A stretch of DNA of 64,000 nucleotides from Pocillopora damicornis (GCF_003704095.1 NW_020847516.1:248001-312000), one strand, 5' to 3'. Shown: positions 27,505 to 41,800, counted from the first letter of the stretch. The notes: generated by a model not told the origin, from the sequence alone. Numbers and translations are program-made.

Positions 27505-28719
27505 CTCGACTAGTGGGGAAAAAAACCACACAGAGAAAGAAAAGATGTTACAAGGAATGCAAAGTTATTATGGTTGGATTGGAATATTGGGATAATTTTA
27601 GAGAAGCCATGCTAACTTGTATGCTGGTACTTTTCCATATGGCTGAAAATGTAGAAACAGGAATGAGCCAAGCTTTCTCGTTCGTAAATTATTTTAAAGA
27701 CTTCGTAAACGCTCTAGATCATAATTTATATTACTTTTTCGCCATGGTAGTAAGAATAATAATTGCAGGAATAATTATGTCATTATTGTCTGTATTGCTG
27801 TAAAAACTAGATCCCAATCCCCGCTATATCACCATTATTATTAATGTTATTATAAATATTATTATACCTTCAACTCACTATCTCTTTTCTGATCGGCCAG
27901 AAGCGTAAAGTTAATTTTCGAAATCAGCACCTGGCACGTCATCTAGCTGCAGATTATGCAATAATCATGTCAAGGACATTCAAGGTTGCAGGTAATCATG
28001 TCATGTACGACCGCAGTGCACGATTCCTTAGGGTAATCATGTCTAGTTCGCGCCCTACTTGTGGCTTGCTGATTTGTATATTTTTACACGTTTAAATATA
28101 AATTATCAGTTCCATTTACTATCGTGACCATTTTTTTCGTTCAATGTATACTAAAACAATTATTACATTCGGTTTTTTTGATATTCAGAATAATCCAGGT
28201 CTCGTTAAGGGTTACAAAAAGCTCATCGAATAATTGTTCACTATCAAGATAAAATATTTTGTCGTACCTGACAAGACGTCAAGTGCAAGCATTTGAAGAT
28301 CCGTTGAAAGAGTTGCAAATCGGAAAGTCTACCCTCTCGTTCATTCTGTCCTTTCCAGTTTTGTTACTGCAGGGCTTTAGTTGAAAAGCTGAACAAACTA
28401 CGCTTACAAGTTTTCGTGGCGCAAAACCTACGTTTACAGCAAANNNNNNNNNNNNNNNNNNNNNNNNNNNNNNNNNNNNNNNNNNNNNNNNNNNNNNNNN
28501 NNNNNNNNNNNNNNNNNNNNNNNNNNNNNNNNNNNNNNNNNNNTGCCTCGAGAGTCCTTGCAAAATGATATTAATACGTAATGTATAGTACGGTTATTAC
28601 GAACCAGAATAACGAGTCAACTTAAGTCGAATCCGCTGCTTTCGTTGAATGTCTGTTCTCGTGACAATCAAGATCAACTGAAGGTTCAAATCTTTTAAAC
28701 GTTTTGATTTTTTTACCGC

Positions 28720-28790
28720 TTCGGCTTTGATCATGTTCGGCTTTGATCATGTTCGGCTTTGATCATGTTCGGCTTTGATCATGTTCCGCT
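28720..28790. repeat. Minisatellite, 16-bp unit x4
   Basis: TTCGGCTTTGATCATG repeated four times with no spacers. Confidence 0.95.
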
Positions 28791-29300
28791 TTTTCCACAA
28801 ACAAAATTGAACTTACTTTAGGGACCAGATCCTGAGTAAGACTCGTCAAATGGCAGTTAGCGGCTGAAATAACATCTTTCTTTAACGTTGAAAGTGAACT
28901 ACGCAATGAAAGAATTTACGAATTGGCATTTACAAAGAAATGCAAATTCTTAATGTTTGGACTTTGTTCGGGGATTCCCCCATTATGATGTCATAGCAAT
29001 ATGTTTTTCCCAAACACCTGAAACGTGCAAGTTGTCTTGTATAAAACAATCAGTTTTAAAACTTGTCCCAATTTATTGAGTTTTTAAGTTTTCGGACTCT
29101 TTGGATGGTAAACTTGTTACGTTTATGTCTAGATAATATGACAAGGATCAGCTTTAGAGTTGGCACTTTTGAAGGAAGAAGCATTGCTTTTTTTTGTGTA
29201 TGAAGCACCAAATGTTAGACCGTAGGTATTAGTGAAAGACTTTATTGGTAGAGAAAGAAATATTATTATATTAAAATTCACATGGCAACCAGGTGGACAA

Positions 29301-30252
29301 TCAGATATAGTTTGATGCTACACTGGTTTGCAGATTTAATGAATGTAACCGAAGAAGTTACAATTCATAGACCCAACGTTTCGACACTCCCGTCTAGTGC
29401 CTTCATCAGGGGTGATCTAAACGCTGCAACAAGAAGTCCTTTTATATGATCACTAGTTAGCAGCCTTTTTTCTGACGAGGTGTAAATAGGCGTCAGGAAG
29501 CAAACCGCCATCGTCAAGATTTAAAGGAGCGTGGGCGGAGTTAATATGCCAAGCCTCCAAACAAAGGCGCTGGTGGTAACGCCGATTAGTGGTGATAATT
29601 TTAGAATTATCACACCCAATTGTATGGTTGGTTAGGCAAGTATGCTCCGATAAAGCTGAATTTTCCTTTTTTTCAAAGAAAAACCGCTTTTTGGTGCTCT
29701 TTTAACCGTGTACCAAACTGGCGTTTGGTCTGTCCGATGTATTCGTTGTCACAGTCATTGCAAGGAATAGAATAAATGGCGTCGGTTCGTTGTTCTTTTG
29801 TGACAGGATCCTTAGGTTTGGCGAAAATATGCCCCAAAGTCTGAAAAGGTTTTTGAGCAACTTTAACGTTGTATTCAAAATTCTCTTGATGGGTTCAGTA
29901 ACACCCTGTATGTAAAGAATAACACCAAAACCAGTCGCTGGTTCCCTTTCCTTTCTTTCCCCTCTGGACACATTTAAATCAAGAAAGGGCAAATGTCTAT
30001 CCTTTTCACGCTCAAGGGTGAATTGGATCGACGGCTCTACTGAATTCAAATGCGACAAGAGGCGCTCCGCTTCATTTCCGGATACCACAGAAATAACATC
30101 ATCGACATATCGTTTCCAGAAAAAGGGTTTTAAAAGGGTTTTTAAAAGGGTTCTTTAAAAGGGTTTTTAAAGGGTTTAAGGGTTAAACTTTGTAACTTCT
30201 TCGGTTACATTCATTAAATCTGCAAACCAGTGTAGCATCAAACTATGTCTGA
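29301..30252 (-). mobile_element. Penelope-like retroelement (truncated, internally deleted) with inverted pseudo-LTR
   Basis: RT segment FWKRYVDDV...IQFTLERE..LPFLD; GIY-YIG endonuclease AIYSIPCNDCDNEYIGQTKR...RLKEH; ~63-bp inverted repeats 29301-29363 / 30190-30252. Confidence 0.92.
29371..29413 (-). ncRNA. Minimal type I hammerhead ribozyme in the Penelope pLTR
   Basis: Minus strand reads accc-CUGAUGA-a-ggcac(loop)guguc-GAAA-cgUU-gggu, with the conserved core, stem I, stem II and a palindromic AACGUU stem III. Confidence 0.8.
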
Positions 30253-30989
30253 AAGAAATATCAGCTCCTTTTTTGTGTATGAAGCACCAAATATTAGGCA
30301 GTAAGTATAAGTGAAGGATTTTATTGGTAAAGAAAGAAATACTAGTTTCTTTTTTGTGTATGAAGCACCAAATATTAGATAGTGAAGGACTTTATCGGTA
30401 AATCTAAACCCTGGGAATGAGAATAGAACCAAGATGGTTGGCGCAATTTTACTTTCCTCGCTTATATACATCCTTTCTCTTTGCATAAATGATATCTTCT
30501 TCACTTTCTCTCTGACTGATACTCACAATGCTTTTACAGAGTTCAACCGTGCACGGTCTGGGTACTACATTTTAAAAAAGTGAAAGGTTTTCTTTGCTTC
30601 CTTTGAGAAAGTAGTGCAACGGTTACGAATGATAGTAACAGGAAGGGAAGGAATCATGATATGATCCGGCTCTGGTTGGGGAACGGTATTGCTCGTATCA
30701 GTCTCCGAGGAAGTTCGAAGAAGTACATTCCATCGTCAGTTAAATACCTTACTCCAGGGAAAATATCCTGTCGTTCATCATTCCTTACGGTTAATTCAGT
30801 GTCTTGACTAAGCTCAACTCTTATTTGGATCTATAAGAGGGCGGCAGCGGTTTCTAACCCAATAATAATGCGTAGCAAAGCAAAACCGCAGACACTAGTT
30901 CAGCACGGTTTTTTCAAGAAAAGTGTGTCTTTTGGTGGCAAGTTAGTGCTAAAACCGGGGTTCTAAAAGAAACGTTTCGTCTTTGTTTG

Positions 30990-31200
30990 TTTTGGCCGCT
31001 GGTCTTCCTGTTCGCTGTCTATGTCGAACTCGTTCTCCAGTTCGTCTTCTTCCTCTCTTACAGTTCATTCTACTTGCCACACACTTCATCCTCGTTGCCT
31101 TCCAGAGGGTTAGATTTGCTGTACTGCTTGAAGGCGTTAACGACCAAATCCGCGGTTATCTCTTCCCATGCTTTGTGGATCCATCGCAAAACGTGGAAGT
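30990..31200 (-). mobile_element. pogo/Tigger DDE transposase C-terminal remnant
   Basis: VLRWIHKAWEEITADLVVNAFKQYSKSNPLEGNEDE followed by an acidic tail resembles pogo transposase ends; stops present. Confidence 0.7.
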
Positions 31201-31984
31201 TTTTCGTCATAGACTTCAGAAATAGTTTGCCAATTGATGAAAATGGAAACTTTGACCCGGGTGTCCTCGGTGATTTATTTGTAGCTGTTCCAAGACACAC
31301 AAATCCTTTACCTGACTGCTCTGACGATCTCCTGTGGCTTGGTTCTATTAATTACAGGACACCTAATCGGTATAAAAACACTGTGGAGTTCAGGGTTTTC
31401 CATCATTTGGGACGCTTTCATTACGGCATATGAAAACAATCAATCAGCAACCCCTGATTGTTGCTCAGGTACTCTACGAACTATTTATATAGATACATGT
31501 AACTTACAACTTAGGGAATATATCACATTGACGTTATCTTCTGCAGCGGTGGTTTAACATAGACTAATTAGGAATAAATGCTTAACTATACTCGCAGCTT
31601 TCAGCGAAGCGCTGGCTTTTAGCTATCGGAAGTATAGATGCACAAGTCATGCTTGTGCGCGTGACAGTATCTGGAATCTTTGAAATCTGTTCTACGCTCC
31701 TGTGGACTTGCTAAGGTTACAGTGATGTAATGATGTAAGAACTCGAGTTTCCATTCAGCTCTGTCAGACTTCTGCAAGGAAATAAAAGACAGAAATCAGA
31801 TTATTTTTATCTGCGTTCTCTGTAGAGTTTCAGCGAATCATAAAATCGAAAGAATTTTCGCTTATGTAATCAATGCCTTTTGCCAACTATGTTAACTTGG
31901 CTGTAATGTAAGGCTATGTATCACCAAGCTAGCTGGGCTGCTCCTGTTTTTCAAATTTCTAATGCCTTTATTACTTATTTGCAG

Positions 31985-32987
31985 GCTAGCGGTAATTTCC
32001 CAGTCCTAAATTGCAAGGAAGTTGTATTTGCGGAAAATAGAGACGATCGGAAAATTCATCCTTCAGTCCAAAAGAAATAGTGACGTTGAAGCTTTTCGCA
32101 ACGAGTTCTGGTTGGCCCCTGCCGACTGCTGAAAAATCACCAAGTGAGGCTTGAAGCTTGTGATTTAAATTGTGACAGTTTTATCATGGATGGGCCACTT
32201 ATTGGTCAGCCTGAATTGGATCTCAAGGATGAAACCAAATACTTAGAGTCTAATGGAACCGTAACGTTTCTCTTGGAAGCGAAGGATCCGAAGAACAACA
32301 GGACCTATATTGATGGACAGCTTAATTTTTTTAGATACTCGTTCGATGATGAAAAGTTGACAGACTGTTTATAGATGTGCAACACTGATCTTTTTAACAC
32401 TGATCCTTTACTGATTCTTTTAAGCTTAGTAACTCGCTGATTGCCATTCGAGTGTTTGACGCGTACACAATTGATGGCGAACCAACCTGGTTAGATCATA
32501 TCTAGCCTATATTTAAACAGTACGCCAACATGTTTCCAGCGATGACTGAGAACTTTTTTTTTTGTCCCTAATTACCCATCCCGACTTCCTGATGGGGTAC
32601 ATCCTGACCTTATTGTGGAATATCTTCATGAAAATTAAGCAGCCAGAATTTGAACTCCAAGACAAGCTGGGGCATGTGTGGGAGTATGTTCGTCGCAGTA
32701 GATCCAATACGATGGATTGCCAGAGGACAGATGAAGGTGAAGGCTGCTCTAACGGTGACATCAATAACTATCAAGGCCATTGTCAGCATCCAACTGATAG
32801 GAACCATATTGCAAACTATGGTATACGAGGTGAGCCGTAAAATTAAATATTTACGAGGCCCCTAATTCTTATTTACTCTTTTATTTATTAACTTTTAGGT
32901 CATCAAACTGATGCTATGGAACGTTTGCGTCAAGCGGCAATGGCTACGAGTTCCAAGAGTGTAAACGGAAAGTTACCATTTGGGTGA
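31985..32987 (+). pseudogene. Degenerate spliced gene remnant of unrecognised family
   Basis: Coding-like segments (32144-32374, 32562-32829) interrupted by stops; a phase-compatible 69-bp GT-AG intron 32830-32898 joins ...NYGIR-G-HQTDAMERLRQAAM. Confidence 0.5.
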
Positions 32988-35869
32988 ATTGCAATTCTGG
33001 TGGTTATTTCTGACAAGGAGGAAATTCTCTATATGGTAACAAAATAAGTGTAAACCGTACGAAAACTGCAAGGTAGGGAAATTTTTCTTGGCCTCCTTAA
33101 GTTCTGCTTAAAAGTCCGATTGGAACATCTGAAGCAATATAAAAATACCAAACCAGCGATCAGTTCCGGCAATATCTTTCATTTGTCCTCAATAGGTTTC
33201 TCAGCCATGTTTTCAGAAACGATAACTGATTATTCAGAAAAGACTCAGAACATTCCTTTGTTCAAATATCACTACTCTTGACAATAACTCTAAACGCAGT
33301 GCAATAATGAAACTTTCTTTTTAACTTACTTCATATAGCACTAGGTTAAAGCAACCGATTTTATGTGATCGTTCCTATTACATTTTTGTACCACTGGCTA
33401 TGTTTTGTCGTTAAAATAATCACAGTTTTCTTTCCTCTTTATACTTAGCTTCCTGGTGGAAATACTAAGCAATTCGTCTACCACTATAACACAGTTGGAA
33501 ACTTTTACCATTACATATTGAGAGTCCTGGGAAACTTGACAAATTGTGGAAAAATAGTGATATATTTACCGGGAACNNNNNNNNNNNNNNNNNNNNNNNN
33601 NNNNNNNNNNNNNNNNNNNNNNNNNNNNNNNNNNNNNNNNNNNNNNNNNNNNNNNNNNNNNNNNNNNNNNNNNNNNCAACGATGGCAAGAGATGGAACTT
33701 CCCCGTCGTACCTCTATCAGAGAGAAATTCAGCCGGTCGAACCGGTCAGCCTCGAACGCTCTGACTTCGAGGAGCAGCAAGAAGACGAAGAGGAAGATGG
33801 AATATTAGAGTACGATTCCCAAGAGATGATGATGACATTCCATCTTTGGAACGAGAGGCTGATTTTTACTTTAATTACTTCAAAATGATCCTGAAGCTGA
33901 TACTATCTGATCGTAACCTCCAATCTTTCGGTTAGAAGTTCATTTCGAATAAATGAATTGATTCGAAATTAATGACCATGAACTATCTATTATAAACAAT
34001 AATTCATGTTAGAGAATTGAAACTTTAGAAAGAAACCAAGCGAATTATCACCCATGATGATCACTGGCAGAGTACGTATCAGCTAAAATGATTAGAATCT
34101 TCTTTTCATTTTTCATTCTAATTGGTACACTTTGTGGTACTGATATTGAGATACTATAATGTGGTATTAATCGAAATATATTCTTTTTACCTCTTGGCTC
34201 TCTCCGATCAGGAAGCGACGGGCAAAACCTATCATCAAGCAGGGGTTTACTGCTTGTTTTATAGGTCACGGCACAGGCAGACCACACTATGTGTTCGCGG
34301 TTAATTATCGTTGACATGAGACGAACAAAATCTATGAGGGTTATAAACAAAGCTCTGAAAATTGCACATCTAAATTACATCTCGTTCTGAATATCTCAAT
34401 AAAGTTAAAGGAAATATTGATTGATGCATTTGTCGTATTTTTTCGCCTTCGTGAGCCGTTTGGAGTGTCTTCACGGAATTACTTTTGGCTGGAGGCCGTT
34501 ACGAGAAGAAATGGAGACAGGTGAAGGAGGTCGCGGCTGGCGGCCACCAAGTTGCAAGCCTTGTATCCCTTTCTTCTTTTAACGGCCTTCAGCCAAAAGT
34601 AATTTCGTATAGAGACGCTTTAAAGAGCCCAAATAAAAATATTCATGCTAATTTGAACTTTTGCGGTAGAAGTTACAAGTTACGTCTATTACAGTTATCC
34701 TCTAACTGAACAAATTGAAGACATCATCACTTTCGGTTTGGAATTCTATAATCTATTGCCAGAAAATTTCACCACGTGGGGTGAAGCCGTATCAAGGACT
34801 AAGTTTAGTACTTACATGTAGGTCATTTTATGCTCGGATTCGTGATACTTTTAATGGTGTTCAAACTCCATTTCTGCAGTTTCTGTACCTTGTGAGGATC
34901 AGTTCGTTACTAGCCTTTAAAATGTTTACTTTTCTTATTCCCTGATCCTATATGAATTTTTTTGTTAGACCAACCATCATAAACCTGAATACGTTACTGA
35001 TGGTCGTGTTGAATTCGTCCGTATTCAATAGCCATGTAATGCTAGCTTCCTTTACACTGGCCCCCTAACTTTTGTCTCTCAGCAAAGAATTTCCATTCAT
35101 GTGAGTGTAACGATTCTCATGACTCCACTGTGACCTTAATAGTAAGCAAACCATATTCTGAATTAGGAGAAATTAAATGCTTAACACTCTTAGGGGACAA
35201 AAGGTTTTAAAGAGACCCTTAGGGTGCTGAATTAGAATATCAAAACGTAACTAGACCTTATAGGATATTTTTGCAACGGCTTTTTCCCAATTCAGTTCAA
35301 TCGACTCAAAAGAGTGGTTTCTAGCTGAATAATGTATCTACCGTCAGCTAGAAAGTATATAAGTTTTCATCAAGAATTTTACTCAGTATGTGATTCGTTT
35401 GGTTGTTGTTTTTTTTGTGTGTGTGTGTGTGTGTAAGTCCATCAACCAACACGTGAGCAAAGTTAATGAGTTTACTGAGTTATACACATACAATACTGGC
35501 CACAGAACTGAAACCGCGCTCATCCGATTCCAAAACTGACGTTCTCTGTGCCAACGAAGATGGCCANNNNNNNNNNNNNNNNNNNNNNNNNNNNNNNNNN
35601 NNNNNNNNNNNNNNNNNNNNNNNNNNNNNNNNNNNNNNNNNNNNNNNNNNNNNNNNNNNNNNNNNNGAAGATACTGGGCTTATCACATCACATATGCAGG
35701 AGAGATCATAATTACAGACATGGATAAGATGAAGTTCAATTTCATTCTCGATTCAGTTCCATAACCAGTATATGCAGTAATGGTGTCTTTTATTATTAGT
35801 TTCCATAATTACCACTGAATTAATATCATGTTATGTACCTCAAGAATACAAACGTTAAAACTGTACAAA

Positions 35870-38800
35870 CCTTCTTCATATTGTCCTTTTCTTGTTAGCA
35901 GATCACCATAGGCACTATAAAACCCTGCCCTATCTCTCATAGGACAATTGGTAAGGTAATCTCTCTTGAACTTTTGAGCAAATTCCTCCGCTCTTGCTAA
36001 ATCCTTTTGGGACACATCCGTCTGAAGGTTGGTGGCTTTGCCTTTTCTTGAGCAAAGGTAGAAGAGTATTGCCCTGATAAGAGCTCTTCTACGACTCCTC
36101 GCATTCCTGCTTTGATTCCTTTCAGATCGGTGTCTGGGGCGCAGTATCACATCCTTCAAGGCTTTCTTCAACTTCTTTCTTTCTGATTTGGTGATTCCCA
36201 TGACAGCTGCCTTCTCGCACAACAGAGCAGCAACCCTGGTGTGGTTGATTGAAGTCTCTTCATTGGGAACAACTGCCTGTAACAGCTGTAAGAAACGAAA
36301 AAGTTTGCAACGCTCAAGCCTTCCCCTACCGCCAGCATTCTTCAAAAATTGTTGCAACAGGGCTCTGGATCACAATAAAAATTGATGTAGAAAAGTGGCC
36401 TTAGCTGCTTGTCAGGGCTCAAAATGTGCCCTTTGCATTCATAAGGAATCAAAAGCATTAACCTTTTAACCCCAAAGATAGACTGGCATCTAATTTCTAC
36501 TTACAGTATCACCCCTGAGTCAAACATTAGCGTTGAAAGATTAAAGAAAATAGTCACAAAGTAGAGAAGCTCTTGATTGTCAAACAATTTCTCCTTGTCA
36601 GCACCTTAGGAAATGTATAAAGAACAGTAAGGAGAGTATGCATACTGATGCTACGATGTAAAGCTTTCACACTTTAAGAGATACCATGACACAGAGGAGT
36701 CAAAACAAACCTCAGTAGAGGAATCCAATAGTTCTCCAGCCTTCTCAAAGTCTCCTTCCGTCCTGTAGGCCCCAGAGATAACACTTTTTGCTCTTCCAAC
36801 AAGTGCGTTATAGTTTGTTGAGTGGTTCCTGTTTGCCTGAATACAGACTTCTTCACCTGCATGCTTGCATCCTTCAAAATCCCCCATCTGATACAAAATG
36901 AGACACTTCTGAAAAATAGATCAAATTCAACCACATAAGAATTTTCAATATGCAATACGGTATTTCCTAAAATAAGTGCTGAGGCGTTTATTTAATCGAG
37001 GGGGTGCATGTTACACTGTATTCTCCAGTACTGATTCTGCCAAAATTGAAGCTAAATACTTACAAAGAAAGTGGTAATGGAAGCAGGTTTTCCCCTTTTC
37101 CCTACTATTCGAGGAAGTGAGGAAGGATTGGGGGGGAGGGGGGCACCACCTATTCAAGAGGGGTGCTTGTTTTACTCTGGCTGCTGAAAGTGTGCAGCTG
37201 AGAGTGAAGTAGCTACAATCATTATGTTACCATTTAATGCATCTACCTCTAATTTCACAGCAAGAAGCAAATCCTGATACTTTGCCTCCACATGATTGGA
37301 TGAATTTATGTGTTGCATGAGACGCAGTATATCCCTTCTGAAGCACTCAATTGCACCTGAAAGTAATAGAAATATTCATATATTAATATTCCCTGGCCAC
37401 TAACATAGTACAGCATTCTCATTTACCTCTTCCTGAAGAGTGTGCAGATTTTACAAAGGGTCTAACATCTAGTTTTATATCCATATGCTTTGGTCACCAA
37501 ACAACAACTTGAAGGTAACATTTGGGGATAAATTAAGTATTGCATTGTGCATCCTGTTATGCTCATAAAAATGAATCTGTAATCAGGCAAATAAGCGTGC
37601 ATGCATTCTGAGAACATGGTATTGTTTTTCAATCAATGCATGGGGGAGACATGAGCACAATGACCTATATTTGTTATGGCATCATTTTGGTGTACAAATT
37701 ATCTACTTTAAATTCCTGCATACTATGAACAATCTTGTTTTCCAGTTATTTAATTCTTTTAATGGAAAAACAGCAAACAGCATTGTTCATATGTTGATCA
37801 GTGTGAAGCTTCAACATCCCCTCCCTTCCCCCAGACAACTAATGGGCTTTTGACTGTAACAGTTGTCTGTGCCTAGGTGGGGGGAAGGAATATTTCAACC
37901 TTACCTGCCTGGGGTGGGGAGTTTGAACCAAAAGAACTTAAAGAAAAATTGAGGCGTTTAAAGGTAAAAAGTTCAATTTCACAAGTGAGTGGATCTGAAG
38001 AAAAGGTCTCCAAGGTCTACAATCAAGGAACAAAATTGTTGACACATTGATCTTTTCAACTCCATTAACCCCTTCCCCCAAAACAATGTTGTATCCTGAA
38101 ACCACAAACTTTTAGCCAACATTGAGTGGGGAAGGGGGGTCATGTTAATGATTTAGAGTGTGGTAGAAACAGGAGTGTTTTTCTACACTAACATATAACT
38201 CGTAAAACATAATGTGTTGACTAATTTTGGACCTGGTCGTAGGTTTTAGAGCTTGGTCAATGAGTAGAAAGTGATGTGCTTGTTTTGCTATTACAAATAA
38301 ATTGATTACCAAACCCAACACTTGGATGGGGCATATGAACACAACTGAGGGGTTCAAATGCTTAAGGGGTTGCCTGGTGGAGCAGGAAGGAGGAGGATGT
38401 TGAAGCTTCAAAATTAATAGAACAAGGTAGAATTTCTTGAAGATTACCATTTTCCACCAATTCTTGAAAATACGAGACAATATTCTGACCCTCAGGGATT
38501 CCCAGAATGCCTAGAAGTATATGCAGTACACAAAAATTTAGAACTGAAAATAATTTTCAAATTGAAAAAGTTCTCCTGAAAACTTTTTACTGACAGCACT
38601 TGAGTTACTCTAACCCCTTATGCTAATTTATCCACACACTGCATTAGGAACTGACACTACAGGTCTGTTACTTCCAACAAATGATATGTACCAGTACTCA
38701 CAATTTTGAGGATGAAAATCAAGTAAAGTGATGATGTATCCTCACATGTGAAGTGCAATTTAGTAATTGCAGAAAACAGGCCTGAAAAAATTCAGGCTTT

Positions 38801-41800
38801 GAGATGATAAAGGGGTATATATAATTTATGCAAGTGTTTTCACTGCTATGCAGCCACATGAATCAACTTTTATTGTTGTAATAAATGCACAGTGAGCACA
38901 CACTTACTGACAAGAGACAACCTAGTAGAAAGCCAATATTTTCATACACAATCATGTATGCAACTACCATGAATATAAATTCTAAATAATATACCAGCTT
39001 AAGTGCAAAAAATATTCAGATACATGTATACACACAAGAAACAAAAACATACCAACTGGTTGCTTTTTGGAGATGGGGAATTCCACTGATGGCAGGGAGT
39101 GACCATCACAGTAATCAAACAAGTTTGTTCCTTGATGATGGGTCAAAATGGGCTTAGAAATTTCATCCAGCAATTCTCCAGTTAATGCTCGGAATCTAAT
39201 GTTAACTTGGTAAGCGGAACTGCTAACTGGAAGGAGAAACAAAAAATTCCCAGTACAGGATGGCAGTTCTTTCCCACCACAGTCTATGGACAATGTTTCT
39301 ACCAAATGCTTGCAACCAACTGGTTTCACTTCTGCTTCAATCACACCTCGTCCCCCATTCTGCAAAATGAGCACAAAAAGTGGTTTATAGGTTGAACTTC
39401 ACTAAAAAGTAATTATAGTAACTGTCATTCAGTGGTTTAAGCAATAAAAAAGAATTTCAAAGAGTTGAGGTTCATTTGGTCAGTATCAGCCTCTCAAAAT
39501 CATATTTAGTTTACATTAAATTAAGTGTAAGAATGACTGATCCTACTATCTCCTAATAAACTCCTTAGTCCATTCTTCCTCTACTTAAATACAAATACAT
39601 TCCATAATTTGCAAAGCACCAAAAAGAGCCAAACAAAGCTCCAGTTAAGCACAATTTTATGTCTAACTCTGGCATATGAAACCACTGAAAAAAAGTCAGC
39701 TATTAAATGATCTGGATTTTTTAACCTAAACAATATTCAGAAGGGGTTAATTAATTTAGCAAGACTTGAGATATACACTGATTTGGAAACCATACATGAA
39801 TAGATTGAAATATTTCAACTTAAAGGAACAGTGTCATAGTGATGCATGCCCTGTGAGATGTCTAAGGTTTTGAAAAAGTTGGGGAATTTTTTCAAATTTC
39901 CCATCAGAACTGATTGCAGAGCTCTATCATTCTCTATCCTTGCTATTCGTGGATTATTTAAAAAAAAAAAAACATGTTATTTTCTTAAAGCAGAATATAC
40001 AACATGTTTTTGTCTTCTCAGTTCTTCAATAATTTATGGAATGAGGCTACATTTAAAGCTTCCTTCATGCCATTATTCTTGGTATTGCTGCCATTGTGGA
40101 CGAAGGCAAGTATACATATTGCTAATCAGCTATAGCTACTTTTAATGGAGAGATCAGCTTCAATAATCACTAAACAACACTACAATAATCACAGTGATTT
40201 CCAAATCAAACTCTCTTTGCTCACTTGGAAGATGAGGAAAGTCTATTTCGAACTCTCCTTCTGGAATGTATCTTTTGATTCAGTTGTAAGTTCAGTTTTC
40301 TTCCTGAAATGCATAAGGTGCTTTGTACATGAAGAGGAAGGTTAGTGAGAATTTCTTAGATTGAAGAAAGTATGTTCATAACACAACAGTGCACAACAAA
40401 CTGCCATCTAGGACATGTAATTCTCAGTTATAATTTCACCTGGCCTATCATATCTTGACAACCTTTCATTGTTTAACCTGAACTCACTGAAGGATAGACA
40501 TATCAAGGACTGTAATAAATTTTCTGAACCAATAGTGTCAAATAGTGAGCGCAAACGTCATCATTTTTTGCCACCGAAGGACCATATTACTTATAATCTT
40601 AGAAATCAACGTCAGTTTGTTAACCCAATAATGCGCACTAAGCATTTCTCCCAGACATATTTACCAGCCTTGTGTAGACAATAGGTCTGTGTATTATTCT
40701 TGTAAATAATAAGATATCTGAACAGTTTTTTAAATTACTGTTGTCAGTGTGAGTGAAGATAATTTGAAGTGATGAAAATAAACCCTCCAATGGAGTTAAC
40801 ATAGAGATGATAATATGTTTTCTTTGACTATGAATATATGAAAAACATATAATTATGTAAACTGTGGTTTTTTTATCTGCTTATTTAAGCAGTAAAACAA
40901 TAAGGCCTGAAAAAAATTCAGAACTGTACAGAATTTGAACCCATGACCTCTGCAATACCAAAGCAATACCAGAACTGTGTGCTGATCATTTTCTTTGTGT
41001 GATAGAGTAATTTGTGGTTAACTACAAGACTTTCATTAGCAGCTCACTTTCTGTGACACAACGTACAACTTTGTTTGAACACACCATTCTATTTTTGTGA
41101 AATATTGCTGTCACAGATAAAAAAAAAATCCTTTTATGTGCCAGAATTTATACTTTAGTAACAGTAATGCTATGATGCAGTTACAAACAAGTTTTTTGTA
41201 CATTAGAGACTACCGTATTTACCCATGTATAGTATGTGCCCATGAATAATATGCAAAAATTTTTTGACCAAATTTTTCATAAAAAAAAAGTTTTCACAGC
41301 AAAAAGCACATTGATTCTTCCTACCATATTTATTGAGATAACAATACTTACATTACAAAAACTTTGAAATTACCTATGTACTGGTAACTAACTAATTACA
41401 AAAAGGTTGAAAAGGATAACAAACAGCCTTGCAAAAAAAGAGTTTCTACGCAAAAAACCCTTCAAAATTGGACATAATGTCAATGAAAATGACTTCAGAA
41501 AAAAGGACTAGAAACTGGAAAGTAATGATTACCAACTATGTTGATAATACAGTATTAAAAAGGCCAAACTAACTGTTATGTCTTTGAAAATTGCTATCCG
41601 TTAAAATTTCATACACATCAGGTTTGCTTTGCCTTTTGTTCATATGACAGCACCAATTACTGATTGAAATAGCATGTGGTATGCCCACCACGTTTGTATC
41701 ATGCACAAGAATTAAATGTATGGGTAAATACCAACAACTCTTATTTTCTTTCTGAGCTTGAAAGAAACGGAACTGTTTGAAATGTGAAAGCTACTCTTTG

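Noticed and set aside
28720-28790. CRISPR-like direct repeats
   Set aside because: Head-to-tail 16-bp units with no spacers, no cas genes and a eukaryotic context: a minisatellite.
33677-33888. Acidic ORF tail after a gap
   Set aside because: Short, begins in Ns and cannot be assigned to any gene.
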